Assembly: GCA_050950765.1 (NCBI GenBank)
Contig: JBMNIF010000003.1
Coordinates: 160,001 to 224,000, forward strand
Source: Bdellovibrionota bacterium
GTDB taxonomy: Bacteria; Bdellovibrionota_C; UBA2361; JAAYZI01
Length of the DNA stretch: 64,000 nt
Direction: 5' to 3'
The translations under genes were made by a program, and so were the position numbers. The number at the start of each line of letters is the position of its first letter. The first letter of the stretch is position 1. This document shows positions 42,218 through 51,909 of the stretch, in pieces. The notes beneath the pieces were generated by a model. It saw only the letters and a list, made by a program, of their open reading frames with translations. It had not been told where the DNA came from and did no database searches.

Positions 42218-43018
42218 ATGAAAAATAGTAGCAAAAAAACAGATCCAGTACACTGGCTCTGCACTATCGGCTTCTTTTGCATCATCTTTTTGGGAGGTGC
42301 AGTTACGAATGAAATTTGTAACGACTTGGAATCCAAAAGGAATCAAGCTCAAGACGTCGCCGCTCAATCGAACGGCACGACCTTCTGTGATGACGAACGC
42401 TTCCTTGACTACGACGGTAGTTGTAGTGGGAACGGAACCCACTTCCAAGTGGTGAAGTGCGGCGAAGACCTCAGCTCTGCGGGCGATCTCATTGCTGAGG
42501 AGATTGTTCGAAATCGGCGAGGCTCGTTTGACCCGTTCAAAGAACATCCCCTCAAAGTGTATGTCGATGGATTGGTATCATCAGTCGACATGGACAGTTG
42601 GCGAGGAAGTTATGTCTCGCATATGAGTGGCGATCCCGAAGCTACGGATACCTCGCGCGACATGCTGCAAGCTTTTGGACTTATGGCTGAAAATGCCAAT
42701 CGTTTAAAAGTAATTGCAGAAAAAGAGGGCAGCGACGCTCTAAAGAACCCAGAGGCATTACGCTGTGCAGCTAAAATTAAAGTTACTGCATGGTGGATTG
42801 AAAAATCCTTCAGCAATCTCAAATGCAGCGAAGAGCAGCGAGAGGTTTTTAAGACCTACCTTGAATTGCTGTTCTCGTATTGCGACGTAATTATCGCAAG
42901 AGCGTTGCAATACCAAGAGTCGGTGCCTGCTGACTTATTGTCTGATTGTAGATTGCGTGTTTCTGGCGTAAGAATCGAGAAGATTTCAGAGCCTACGACG
43001 AACGCCCTTGCACTTTAG
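42218..43018 (+). CDS. Hypothetical exported or membrane-anchored protein
   Basis: 266-aa ORF with an N-terminal hydrophobic helix; visibly more GC-rich than its neighbours; terminator follows. Confidence 0.65.
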   Translation: MKNSSKKTDPVHWLCTIGFFCIIFLGGAVTNEICNDLESKRNQAQDVAAQSNGTTFCDDERFLDYDGSCSGNGTHFQVVKCGEDLSSAGDLIAEEIVRNRRGSFDPFKEHPLKVYVDGLVSSVDMDSWRGSYVSHMSGDPEATDTSRDMLQAFGLMAENANRLKVIAEKEGSDALKNPEALRCAAKIKVTAWWIEKSFSNLKCSEEQREVFKTYLELLFSYCDVIIARALQYQESVPADLLSDCRLRVSGVRIEKISEPTTNALAL

Positions 43019-43059
43019 ACGACACACTAGATGTTGCTCGTCAGCAACAATCTTTTTTG

Positions 43060-43089
43060 GAAGCTCTCTTCGGGGAGCTTCTTTTCTTT
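43060..43089 (+). terminator. Rho-independent terminator
   Basis: GAAGCTCTC-TTCG-GGGAGCTTC followed by TTTT. Confidence 0.8.
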
Positions 43090-43469
43090 AACGCGTTTGG
43101 AGTGCTACTACAATTGATTTCCCAATAAAGTATGGAAATTATGACAATGAAACAATTAATGGATTGGCACTTTAATGTTCGAAAAGGAATGTATTTCGAT
43201 CGAAAAATCTCCGTAGTTTCATGTTCAATTTATCTGAGTGATATTATTGAAGATGGATTTTGGAACTATGCCTTTGTTCCCTCTAGCGTGGATTTATCAG
43301 AAAAACTAGAACTTATTTCTAATCAATTCATCTCTCTGAATCGAAATCCATGCATTTATACAGTAGAGAATGATACACAACAAAAAACTGCTGATTTACT
43401 AACAAAAGCGGGCTATGTACCTTTGTCAGAAGAATCTTTTATGACATACACCTTGAAAAGTAGTATCAA

Positions 43470-45297
43470 CCTAAATTCCGCAATTTTTATCTTTTCTCCA
43501 TTCCAGAAATAAGCCACCGTATTTTTTATTGATATTTTAGTTAGTTATATATTTTTCTATATTGACATTTCCTGTTTGTATGGTATGATTGCCCTATACA
43601 TATTAGGGAGGTTTTTTATGAAAAAAATAACTAAAAAAGTTGACTTACCAGATAGGCAAATTGCTCGTAAGAAAAACAAAAATGGGACTACTTATATCTA
43701 TTACAGGATGAACTTTCGTCGTGAAAATGGAGAGCCTACGTTTGATGAAATAGGTATAGGGAAGCTAGATGAAAGCGGTAAGAAATTAATTCCTAATAGA
43801 AATTACTATGATTTGTTTCCAGATGATTCTAATAGATATGTTATTAGCAATAAATCTTTTGGTCTTACTTATGTTTTAAATAAGATTGTAAAAGATTTAA
43901 GGTTAGACAAGACATTGCTTTCAATTTTTGGAAATGACACATACGAGATTTTAACTTTAGCGTTTTATATTCTAGCAAATGGAAATGTAGTATCACATGC
44001 TTCAAGTTGGATAGATGATAGTGTCTTACCATATGAAATTTCTGAATTAACAAGTCAAAAAATAAGTCGTCTTTTTGAACGTATTGACTACGAGAAAAGA
44101 CTTAATTTTTTTAAGAAATGGACGAAGCGATATTTAGCTCAAGAATGTTGGTATTATGACGTAACTTCCATATCTTCTTATAGTAAAAAAATAAGCATAT
44201 TGGAGTTTGGCTATAATAGGGATATGGATAAATTGCCGCAAATAAATATAGGTATGTGCTACGGCTCTACAACGAAGCTTCCTTTATTCTATCAAGTTTA
44301 TAATGGCAGCATTACAGATAAGACATATTTTAGTTTTCTTTTAAGAGACTTTCCATTTATTAGTCTTAATAATCGTATTAACCTTGTTACGGATCAAGGT
44401 TTTGTGACGCAAGATAATTTAGCGGAAGTAGCAAATGAAGAAGGGCAAAAGTTTGGACTACTTTGTCCTTTGCCACTATATTGGAATGACGCTAAAAGAA
44501 TATTAGAAAATCACACTGCACTTATTAAGCAAGATGCTAATTATATAAAAGGAACCTCTACTTTTGGTTGTTCTGTAATAGATACTGTTATGGGACAACC
44601 TGTAAAGATTTATGTTTATTACAATATGGGAAAGGCGCCATATGAGATAGTTCAATTTTACGAGAAAATTTCTAGAATGGAAGAAGAGTTAGAAGAACTG
44701 AAAAAATTAAAATACTCTTTGCTGGATCGTAAAAAATATAGGAAATATTTTGATATTAAAATAAATGAAGATGGTTTCACTTATGAAAAAAAATCAGAAG
44801 CTATAGATGAATACTTGAGAAATTGTGGCTTCTTAATTTTGATTGGTATTGGTTGTGATTCAAATCCGAGTGAAGCACTTTTTCGTTATCGTCAAAAAGA
44901 TGTAATTGAAAAACAATTTTTCCAGCTAAAAAATGAAATTGATTTTAGAAGACTTAAAACACATAATCTTCAAACCACAGAAGGAAAACTTTTTGTTGGA
45001 TTTTTAGCTCTTATACTTAGAAGTTATATTCTTAATTTACTTAAAAATGATACAAGGCAAAAAAAGTTTAATATACCTGATGTCATTAAAGAGCTTCAAA
45101 AAATTAAAGTTATAGAAACTAAAAATGGCAGTAAATTAATGGTTCCGTTAACAAAAAAACAAAAGGATATTTTGAAAATTTTCAATATTGAAGAAGATGA
45201 CTTTCTAAAAAGTATTTTTAAGAAAAAGTAAGATTATACCGCTCGAAAGCTACCTTTAAAAACACGTTTGTATGGTATAATTTCGCGGGAATTCAGG
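43470..45297 (+). mobile_element. IS1634-family insertion sequence, copy 2 (1828 bp)
   Basis: Appears identical to 20650-22477 (offset 22820); 6-bp target duplication TATCAA. Confidence 0.93.
43618..45231 (+). CDS. IS1634-family DDE transposase
   Basis: Translation identical to 20798-22411. Confidence 0.9.
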   Translation: MKKITKKVDLPDRQIARKKNKNGTTYIYYRMNFRRENGEPTFDEIGIGKLDESGKKLIPNRNYYDLFPDDSNRYVISNKSFGLTYVLNKIVKDLRLDKTLLSIFGNDTYEILTLAFYILANGNVVSHASSWIDDSVLPYEISELTSQKISRLFERIDYEKRLNFFKKWTKRYLAQECWYYDVTSISSYSKKISILEFGYNRDMDKLPQINIGMCYGSTTKLPLFYQVYNGSITDKTYFSFLLRDFPFISLNNRINLVTDQGFVTQDNLAEVANEEGQKFGLLCPLPLYWNDAKRILENHTALIKQDANYIKGTSTFGCSVIDTVMGQPVKIYVYYNMGKAPYEIVQFYEKISRMEEELEELKKLKYSLLDRKKYRKYFDIKINEDGFTYEKKSEAIDEYLRNCGFLILIGIGCDSNPSEALFRYRQKDVIEKQFFQLKNEIDFRRLKTHNLQTTEGKLFVGFLALILRSYILNLLKNDTRQKKFNIPDVIKELQKIKVIETKNGSKLMVPLTKKQKDILKIFNIEEDDFLKSIFKKK

Positions 45298-45774
45298 TAT
45301 CAAAACAAAACCTACCTCACTCACGGTAAAATGCGTTACAGACGAAAAAACACGTGTTGACTTTGAAGATGTGTTCACTAGTGCATATGGAGGCGATAAA
45401 ACGCCGAGCAACCATATGGCGAATTAGATGAATCTTATATAAGAGCTTTAAGACAATCTTTTAGCAACAAGCAAAAATTTTATCATTTTGTTTGTTACGA
45501 CAATAAAACACCCGTTTCAATAGCTACATTGTGCTTTTTGGATGGTAAGGGAGGACTTTATAATGTCGGAACTGTCCCATCATATCGAAGCAAAGGTTGT
45601 GGAACAGTCGCAACTAAAGCTTGTATAGATAAGTGGATAGAACTAAAAGGGGATACACTTTTTCTCCAAACTGAAACTGGTAGTTTCGTTGAGAAGTGGT
45701 ATTACAAGTTAGGATTTAAGCTAAAATTTACAGCTTAAACCTACTACAAGAATATTTAGTTGTCACACTTAAAA

Positions 45775-47539
45775 CCTAAATTCCCGTAAAATTATAGTAT
45801 ACGTGCCCGCATCTTCATTCTTCGTAGTAATGATACGATTTTTATTTTTTGAATTGTTCCACTCCTATGGCTTTTAAAATGTTTCTTTGCATCTTGGATA
45901 TGGTCAGTAAATCTCTTTTCCCTTCAGAATGAAGTTCGCATATGTTTTCTAATTGCTTAATTGCTTGTTTTATTGTCAAGTTTGAAGTTTCTTCATCTTC
46001 TTTGAGCTTTTTAAGCATGACGCTTCTCACAATAAGGCTAATAAAGACTACAAATGTTTTTCCTTCTGTTGTTTGTACATAATGTGTGCGCATACGACGA
46101 TAGTCCATGCCATTTTTTAATTGGTCAAATGCTTTTTCAATAACATCTTTTTCACGGTAAATAGTCAGGGTTTCTTCAGCTGATAAACTTATGTCCGTTG
46201 ATATGAGCGCAAAATAACCAAGCTTTGATTTGTATTCATCAATGGCATCATAGTCCATCTCGTAGCTAATATCGGTTTTTCCATCCTGATGTATTTTGAA
46301 ATATTTAGTTTGACTTGGTTTAAGCTTCTTTTGTTTTACGATTAAATCTAATGCCTCTTTTTTTCGTTTAATGTCAGCATACAATGCTTTTTCATCCAAC
46401 CTAGCCTTTTCAGAGTTGTAGTACATGTGGACTTTAACTGGAATGCCCTCATAGTTTGCTGTATAACTCCTAGCATAAATATCAACAGAGCTTATGAATT
46501 CCCTAGAAGAAAAAGGCTTCTTAATAGTCTTCTCAATCAGTTCTTTGTAGAGCTTGTAGTTTTTTGACAATAGGGATAATGCTTTGTAGCCCGCATCGCA
46601 AACCATCTTAAAGTTCTTTGGAGACAATAGCCCTTGATCTATAACAATCCGTAGGTTCTTTAAACCGAAGTGCCGACTGTAGGCAAGGATTGACTCAAAG
46701 TAAGATTTATCAACGATACTTCCAGGATAAATCTTGTAAAATAAGGGCAACCTTACATCTTCTCCATAGTACATTCCTAAGTTAATTTGAGCCAAATTGT
46801 CATCATCACGATTATATCCCCATTCAACCAAATGCATGTCGTTGCTATAAGAAGAGATGGATGTGACATCATAAGCGACATAACCATCTGTTTTATTGTA
46901 ATTTGTCCATTTCTCAAAAAAACGAATACGCTCCTCCTCAGTAATGGAAGCAAAGAACTCACTGATTGCTTGAGAACTTAGGGGAATTAAGTCTTCATGA
47001 TAATTACTTTGCGCCCAATTAGGGTAATCCATCATGACATTGCCCTGACTTAACATATAAGAAGCTAAAGAGAGAGCCGCCTTTGCTCTCTCTTGACCCA
47101 TAGTATTTACCAAGAGATTGGTTAAACTTAACTTTTGAGCAATTTCCATAAAGCTCGAAATATAGCCAACAGATTGGACTATTTTCTCTGGAGCATGCTC
47201 TGGGAATAGATCATAATAGTTCCTGTTTGGGATGAGCATTCCCGTTGCGTTGTCAAGTTTCCCAATACTTTTTTCATCTGAAGTAGGCTGACCTTTTTTG
47301 TTTCGATAAGCCCTGAGAGTGTAGTAAACGTACCTCGTATCTCCCTTTCCTTTTTTATAAGTTATTCTTTTTTTTGGTAATGGAACCATTTTTTTTGCCA
47401 CAAAACCACCTCCTTGTATACTGCCATTATAGTATACAAAAAGAAAAAAAGCAAGAGATTAAAATCAAATAAATGCTTGAAATCTCTTGTTTTACAGACT
47501 TTTTTAACTAGGTATACTATGGAAACTCAGGAATTTAGG
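45775..47539 (-). mobile_element. Second IS1634-family element (1765 bp)
   Basis: Terminal inverted repeats CCTAAATTCC/GGAATTTAGG; 6-bp target duplication TTAAAA. Confidence 0.92.
45842..47401 (-). CDS. IS1634-family DDE transposase (diverged from copies 1 and 2)
   Basis: AYDVTSISSYS, WGYNRD...LAQINLG, VIDQG and YREKDVIEKAFDQLKN motifs. Confidence 0.9.
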   Translation of the reverse strand: MAKKMVPLPKKRITYKKGKGDTRYVYYTLRAYRNKKGQPTSDEKSIGKLDNATGMLIPNRNYYDLFPEHAPEKIVQSVGYISSFMEIAQKLSLTNLLVNTMGQERAKAALSLASYMLSQGNVMMDYPNWAQSNYHEDLIPLSSQAISEFFASITEEERIRFFEKWTNYNKTDGYVAYDVTSISSYSNDMHLVEWGYNRDDDNLAQINLGMYYGEDVRLPLFYKIYPGSIVDKSYFESILAYSRHFGLKNLRIVIDQGLLSPKNFKMVCDAGYKALSLLSKNYKLYKELIEKTIKKPFSSREFISSVDIYARSYTANYEGIPVKVHMYYNSEKARLDEKALYADIKRKKEALDLIVKQKKLKPSQTKYFKIHQDGKTDISYEMDYDAIDEYKSKLGYFALISTDISLSAEETLTIYREKDVIEKAFDQLKNGMDYRRMRTHYVQTTEGKTFVVFISLIVRSVMLKKLKEDEETSNLTIKQAIKQLENICELHSEGKRDLLTISKMQRNILKAIGVEQFKK

Positions 47540-47639
47540 TTAAAAGCATATCTGCACACCTTTTGATAAAACATAAACAACAACTCCTTTAGCTCTTAGT
47601 ATATAAGATAAGATCTGGATCCTAACTTCCGCTCCGCTC

Positions 47640-47790
47640 TCTACTGGTGTCACTGGCAGGCTTGTCACTGGCGCTCTCTCTACTGGTGCCACCCTCTTTT
47701 AACCTTTTAAATTAGCAATTATTATAGGCTTGCTTTTAACCTTTTAAATTAGCAATTATTATAGGCTTGTCACTGGTGCCACCCTTCAGC
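47640..47790 (+). repeat. GGTGCCACCC mosaic array 3 (2 cores plus a duplicated AT-rich module)
   Basis: Cores at 47685 and 47775; CTTTTAACCTTTTAAATTAGCAATTATTATAGGCTTG occurs twice. Confidence 0.85.
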
Positions 47791-47863
47791 TGGCCAGCTA
47801 AAAGCTTTTTTAAAAAAATGTCTAAGCTTAGAAGTTAGGAAATTATTTACAGAGCCAATTATT

Positions 47864-48763
47864 TTACCGAACCCCTATTTTCCCAGTTCTGCGCTTGTCT
47901 TCAATCAGGCGTTTTTGTTTAAGAGCCTCCACATTTTTTGACGAAGTATCATAGGTTCTTATCATTTTTGCATGCTTAATATCTATCTGAGACTTAACGG
48001 TAGAAAGCTCGTTAGTGGCTTTTTTTAAGCGCTCACTACAGGTAGATAGAGCTTCTTTTGAAGGGGAAGCAGATTGTTTTCCCCTTTGCCCTCTATTTGC
48101 CGCTATTGAACAAGAGGATCTATCCTTAATAATAAGATCCAAAACTTTACTGGCGGCAATTAAATCTTTTTCATAACGAAGTTGCTGAGCATCCAAGGAC
48201 ATTTCAAGTTCCTTAAACCATCTCAAATCAGAATTTGAAAAAATGTCTTTTGTCGCCTTTTCACGCAAAAGTTTTTGCATACTATCTTTAAATTTTTTAC
48301 ATTTTATTTGAGTCTCTTTTTTTAGCATTGTTAAGTTATTTAGTAATACCTTACTTTCTTTTTGCACCTCCAAAAACGCACCTACCTCTTCATGAAATCG
48401 GACATTTTTTGGATCTGGAGTTGGAGTTGAACTCTCTTTCATCTCCTTAGCTGCCTTCTCCTCTTCTGCCCTCTTCTGCTTAAGACTCTTCGACTCTTCT
48501 TCAAACTTATCGAACTCCAGATTTAATCTATCAAAAGTATCTAGTGGAGGTTCTGCCTCTGTGGCTTTAGGTTCCAGCTCTCTGACCAACGCTTCAAGAG
48601 GGCTCTCTTTTTGCTGCGCAAAAGCAAGCGGGGTTATAATTAGTGAAAATAAAACACATTTGAAAAGATATCGTGCATAACCACACCTTTTAAGTTTAAG
48701 CATTTTAGGGTGCATTTCAATTTTTACTCCTTCAATATAGTATCGATTTTTTAAATATAGCAT
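47864..48763 (-). CDS. Hypothetical secreted coiled-coil protein
   Basis: Signal-like segment ending AFA, then charged helical sequence; start probably the ATG at 48715. Confidence 0.65.
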   Translation of the reverse strand: MLYLKNRYYIEGVKIEMHPKMLKLKRCGYARYLFKCVLFSLIITPLAFAQQKESPLEALVRELEPKATEAEPPLDTFDRLNLEFDKFEEESKSLKQKRAEEEKAAKEMKESSTPTPDPKNVRFHEEVGAFLEVQKESKVLLNNLTMLKKETQIKCKKFKDSMQKLLREKATKDIFSNSDLRWFKELEMSLDAQQLRYEKDLIAASKVLDLIIKDRSSCSIAANRGQRGKQSASPSKEALSTCSERLKKATNELSTVKSQIDIKHAKMIRTYDTSSKNVEALKQKRLIEDKRRTGKIGVR

Positions 48764-48949
48764 TATTCAGCAGTAGTGTGCCTTACACATTAATAACATT
48801 GCTTCATTCATTACATAAGACTATCCTAAGAAGCCGATATTGCTTTAAGATTATTGACTATATCACAATCTTTAGCATATTTTAGGGTACTTATCTTTTG
48901 TACCGATCTTTTGTACTGAAGGTTTCTGGCGCCTATTAGGAGAATAATT

Positions 48950-49312
48950 ATGCCACAAGGAAAAAATACATTCGTCGCAGATGACGCTAATCCTATTTTA
49001 TTAACCCCTACTGCTATTGCCATGGTCAAAGAAGCTATCAAGGAAGATGGTCAAGTCGGAGATGGCTTAAGAGTTGCCGTAGCAGGTGGCGGCTGTTCAG
49101 GCTATCAATATTCACTTGATTTTGAGCAGAAAAAACGTGATGAGGATGTTATTTTAGAATACGACGGTCTTACAGTTTATATTGATCCAATTAGCGCCTT
49201 CTATCTACGTGGCACAATCATTGACTATGTTTCTAATGAAGAAGATTCAGGGTTTAAATTTAACAATCCGAACGCGCACTGCAGAACCTGCAGCGGCTGT
49301 TCATGTGGCTAA
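48950..49312 (+). CDS. IscA/ErpA (HesB) Fe-S carrier protein
   Basis: LRVAVAGGGCSGYQY, YLRGTIIDY and GFKFNNPN motifs. Confidence 0.9.
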   Translation: MPQGKNTFVADDANPILLTPTAIAMVKEAIKEDGQVGDGLRVAVAGGGCSGYQYSLDFEQKKRDEDVILEYDGLTVYIDPISAFYLRGTIIDYVSNEEDSGFKFNNPNAHCRTCSGCSCG

Positions 49313-49775
49313 AACTGGTGCCACCCACTTTTAACCTTTTAAATTAGCAATTATTGCAGGCTTGTCACTGGTGCCACCCTTCAGGGACGACTGGACGGGC
49401 TGATACTACAAAACGACTTGGCGGGGGTTAAAAAACTGGAAAAAACTGGTGCCACCCACTTTTAACCTTTTAAATTAGCAATTATTGCAGGCTTGTCACT
49501 GGTGCCACCCTTCAGGGACGATTGTGGCTAAAACTGGTGCCACCCTTTAGTTGGGGCAGTTCAGCTAGGGGCAGTTTTGGTGTTTGGCAGTTTTGGTGCC
49601 ACCCTTCAGGGACAACTGGACGGGCTGATACTACAAAACGACTTAGCTAGACCTGTACGGGGGTTAAAAATCTGGTGCCACCCTTCAGGGACGATTGGGC
49701 GGGCTGGAACTGCAAAACGACTTGGCTAGACCTGTACGGGGGTTAAAAAACTGGAAAAACTGGTGCCACCCTTCC
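49313..49775 (+). repeat. GGTGCCACCC mosaic array 4 (8 cores, all +)
   Basis: Cores at about 49317, 49370, 49448, 49501, 49536, 49595, 49674 and 49762. Confidence 0.93.
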
Positions 49776-50073
49776 AGTGTCCAGCATTCACAAAACATAC
49801 AGTGTCAACCTGCAACAGGTGCTCATATATGTAAAATTCCATGTTTTTCTTATTTTTCAGAACTATGTTTTTTTATTGATGCAAATTATAAAGCTAACAC
49901 GATATAGAGACGACATCATAAGTACTCGCAAGAGGAACAGGTTGACATGGGTTGCATAGTGCCGTCTGTGTACGGACTTATGCGCAGAACTATCAGATCG
50001 ATAATATTTTACACAAAAATCGCTAGGTAGTTTTTGTGAGCACGATCGGGGATAGGAAAATTGCGGAGGTACT

Positions 50074-50340
50074 ATGGATATAAGCGAGATATCGGGTTTC
50101 CCAAGAGGGCAAAAACTTGCGCCTCGTGAAAATCTTGAAAGTAAAAGAATTAAACTTCAAGAAAAACAAGAAAAATGTGAAAATACGGAATGTGTTTCTG
50201 ATGAGATACACCTTGAAGAAAACCAACGTGCACAGCGTATTAAAGAAATTAAGGCACAAATTTTAGGAGGAACATATAAAATAGATTCTTTTAAGGTAGC
50301 AGATAAAATCTTGCGAGATACCCTAATAGGCATCGCTTAA
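50074..50340 (+). CDS. FlgM-like anti-sigma-28 factor
   Basis: RAQRIKEIKAQILGGTYKIDSFKVADKIL matches the FlgM C-terminal pattern; GGAGG ribosome-binding site. Confidence 0.75.
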   Translation: MDISEISGFPRGQKLAPRENLESKRIKLQEKQEKCENTECVSDEIHLEENQRAQRIKEIKAQILGGTYKIDSFKVADKILRDTLIGIA

Positions 50341-50354
50341 CTACTGACTTGTTA

Positions 50355-50645
50355 CTGCCAGCCCCCCTTGTCACTGGCCTTGTCACTGGTGCCACCCACC
50401 AACGCTAAGCCCTTGTCACTGGTGCCACCCACCAGTACGACCTGCGTTGCTGTTTTTGCTCTTCTGACAGCCTTTTTTCTGCTTACACCACTGCCACCAC
50501 CCACCAGTACGACCTGCGCCCTGGCCCCACCCACCAGCCCCAAGCCCTTGTCTCTGGCCTTGTCTCTGGTGCCACCCACCAGTACGACCTGCGTTGCTGT
50601 TTTTGCTCTTCTGACAGCCTTTTTTCTGCTTATGCCACTGCCAGC
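50355..50645 (+). repeat. GGTGCCACCC mosaic array 5, downstream of the RAYT gene (3 intact cores plus degenerate ones)
   Basis: Cores at 50388, 50421 and 50568; internal duplication of 50410-50485 at 50557-50632. Confidence 0.88.
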
Positions 50646-50794
50646 AAGCTTAACTCACCTTAAATTTCCTTAAATTTGATACTACAACTTACGATTAATT
50701 GACTATTTTCAGATTTTAGATAGATCTTCCCTGTTGAAATTTAGATTTCATATTATTATCGGGTCAAAAAAGCAGCTTTTTTAGGTTACTTTTT

Positions 50795-51763
50795 TCAGGT
50801 CGCCACCCCGCAAAGCCTACCTACAATAGGCATACTCGGACGAAATGCCCCATAAACAAACTTAGCTGAAATATCACCTTGCTTCCACTTCTTCCAAGCC
50901 TTTCTACACTCTTCACAAAAAGCCTTATATTCTGCTATCGCTTTTATCCGTAACTCCTTAATCCAACAAATTAAATACGGCGTACGTGTCTTCTTCTTAG
51001 GTACATACGCAATATTTATCGATTGTTGCTGCACTTTACGCATCCCCATAAAATGCCCCTTCCTTTCAAGTGCAATCTCTTCTTCCCTTTTTGAAATCTC
51101 TGTCATTATTGTTTTAAAGATCTCTTCAGACGTAAGATTTTTTGATTCTTCAAAACAATTCTTCCAAGCATCAGGGGTAATCTTAAGCTCATGACAAGTG
51201 TGCGGAAACATATTAAGCATTTTTAATAAAATAGCATCGCTTATTTTATGAAGTCTCTGCGGTAACTTACGTAAATTAGTAGAAGAGGTATACTTACCCT
51301 GCACTGTTAAAGAACCTGATTTATACATTCTAAAACTACTACACCCTTCCCAATCATCAGCGTGTGCAACAAGGCCTGCTTTTACAGGATTTATATAAAT
51401 ATAGACTATCTTATCGATAACATCATTATGAGTTAACAAACGTTGCTCCTTAAAACGTCCATCCCAAACGTTTCTCCTATATTGCGGCGTTAGTTTCTTA
51501 ATAGCACGTGCAACTGCACTTTCCATCTCTCCCATAAATGAAGAGATGTGCTTTCCTTCACCAACTAATATCATGTGAAAGTGGTTACTCATCCAATTAA
51601 AATGAGCAATTCTAACACGATGGTGCTCTTGGCAACGTGCCATAATCCCTAACAGGATCCATTTCATAAAAAGGCGTGCTAGAAATGGCAAGCCAGATAA
51701 TGTTCTATTGGTGACATGTACCACCATTTTATTAGGATTTCTCCTATCTCGACGATTTCTCAT
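50795..51763 (-). CDS. HUH/Y1 REP-associated tyrosine transposase (RAYT-like) with C-terminal extension
   Basis: VHVTNRT, WMSNHFHMIL (HUH), VWDGRF and IVYIYINPVKAGLV...W...SS motifs; flanked by repeat arrays; no tnpB adjacent. Confidence 0.85.
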   Translation of the reverse strand: MRNRRDRRNPNKMVVHVTNRTLSGLPFLARLFMKWILLGIMARCQEHHRVRIAHFNWMSNHFHMILVGEGKHISSFMGEMESAVARAIKKLTPQYRRNVWDGRFKEQRLLTHNDVIDKIVYIYINPVKAGLVAHADDWEGCSSFRMYKSGSLTVQGKYTSSTNLRKLPQRLHKISDAILLKMLNMFPHTCHELKITPDAWKNCFEESKNLTSEEIFKTIMTEISKREEEIALERKGHFMGMRKVQQQSINIAYVPKKKTRTPYLICWIKELRIKAIAEYKAFCEECRKAWKKWKQGDISAKFVYGAFRPSMPIVGRLCGVAT

Positions 51764-51909
51764 AAGACAACTCCAGATGAAAAATAAAAATAATCAATAA
51801 ATTGGCAGAATTGCCGGTTAGTTTGGCAGGATTGCCAAATTCTAACGCTTAATTGTCGCTAGAGTTGGGATTTTATTGTGGGTAAAAATGAAAAAAGTTT
51901 GGAGATTGG

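Larger units (their letters stand above)
43132..45738 (+). pseudogene. GNAT acetyltransferase interrupted by IS1634 copy 2, with an additional frameshift
   Basis: Removing the IS and one TATCAA restores SSIKTKPTSLTVKCV; a second shift near 45405 leads to GGLYNVGTVPSYRSKGCG...WYYKLGF. Confidence 0.85.
41230..47616. mobile_element. Accessory segment bounded by diverged ~95-bp direct repeats
   Basis: 41230-41323 matches 45752-45774 joined to 47546-47616 once the IS is removed. Confidence 0.7.

Noticed and set aside
50795..51763. IS200/IS605 element
   Set aside because: No tnpB, the protein is about twice the size of IS200 TnpA, and its motifs and flanking repeats fit RAYT better
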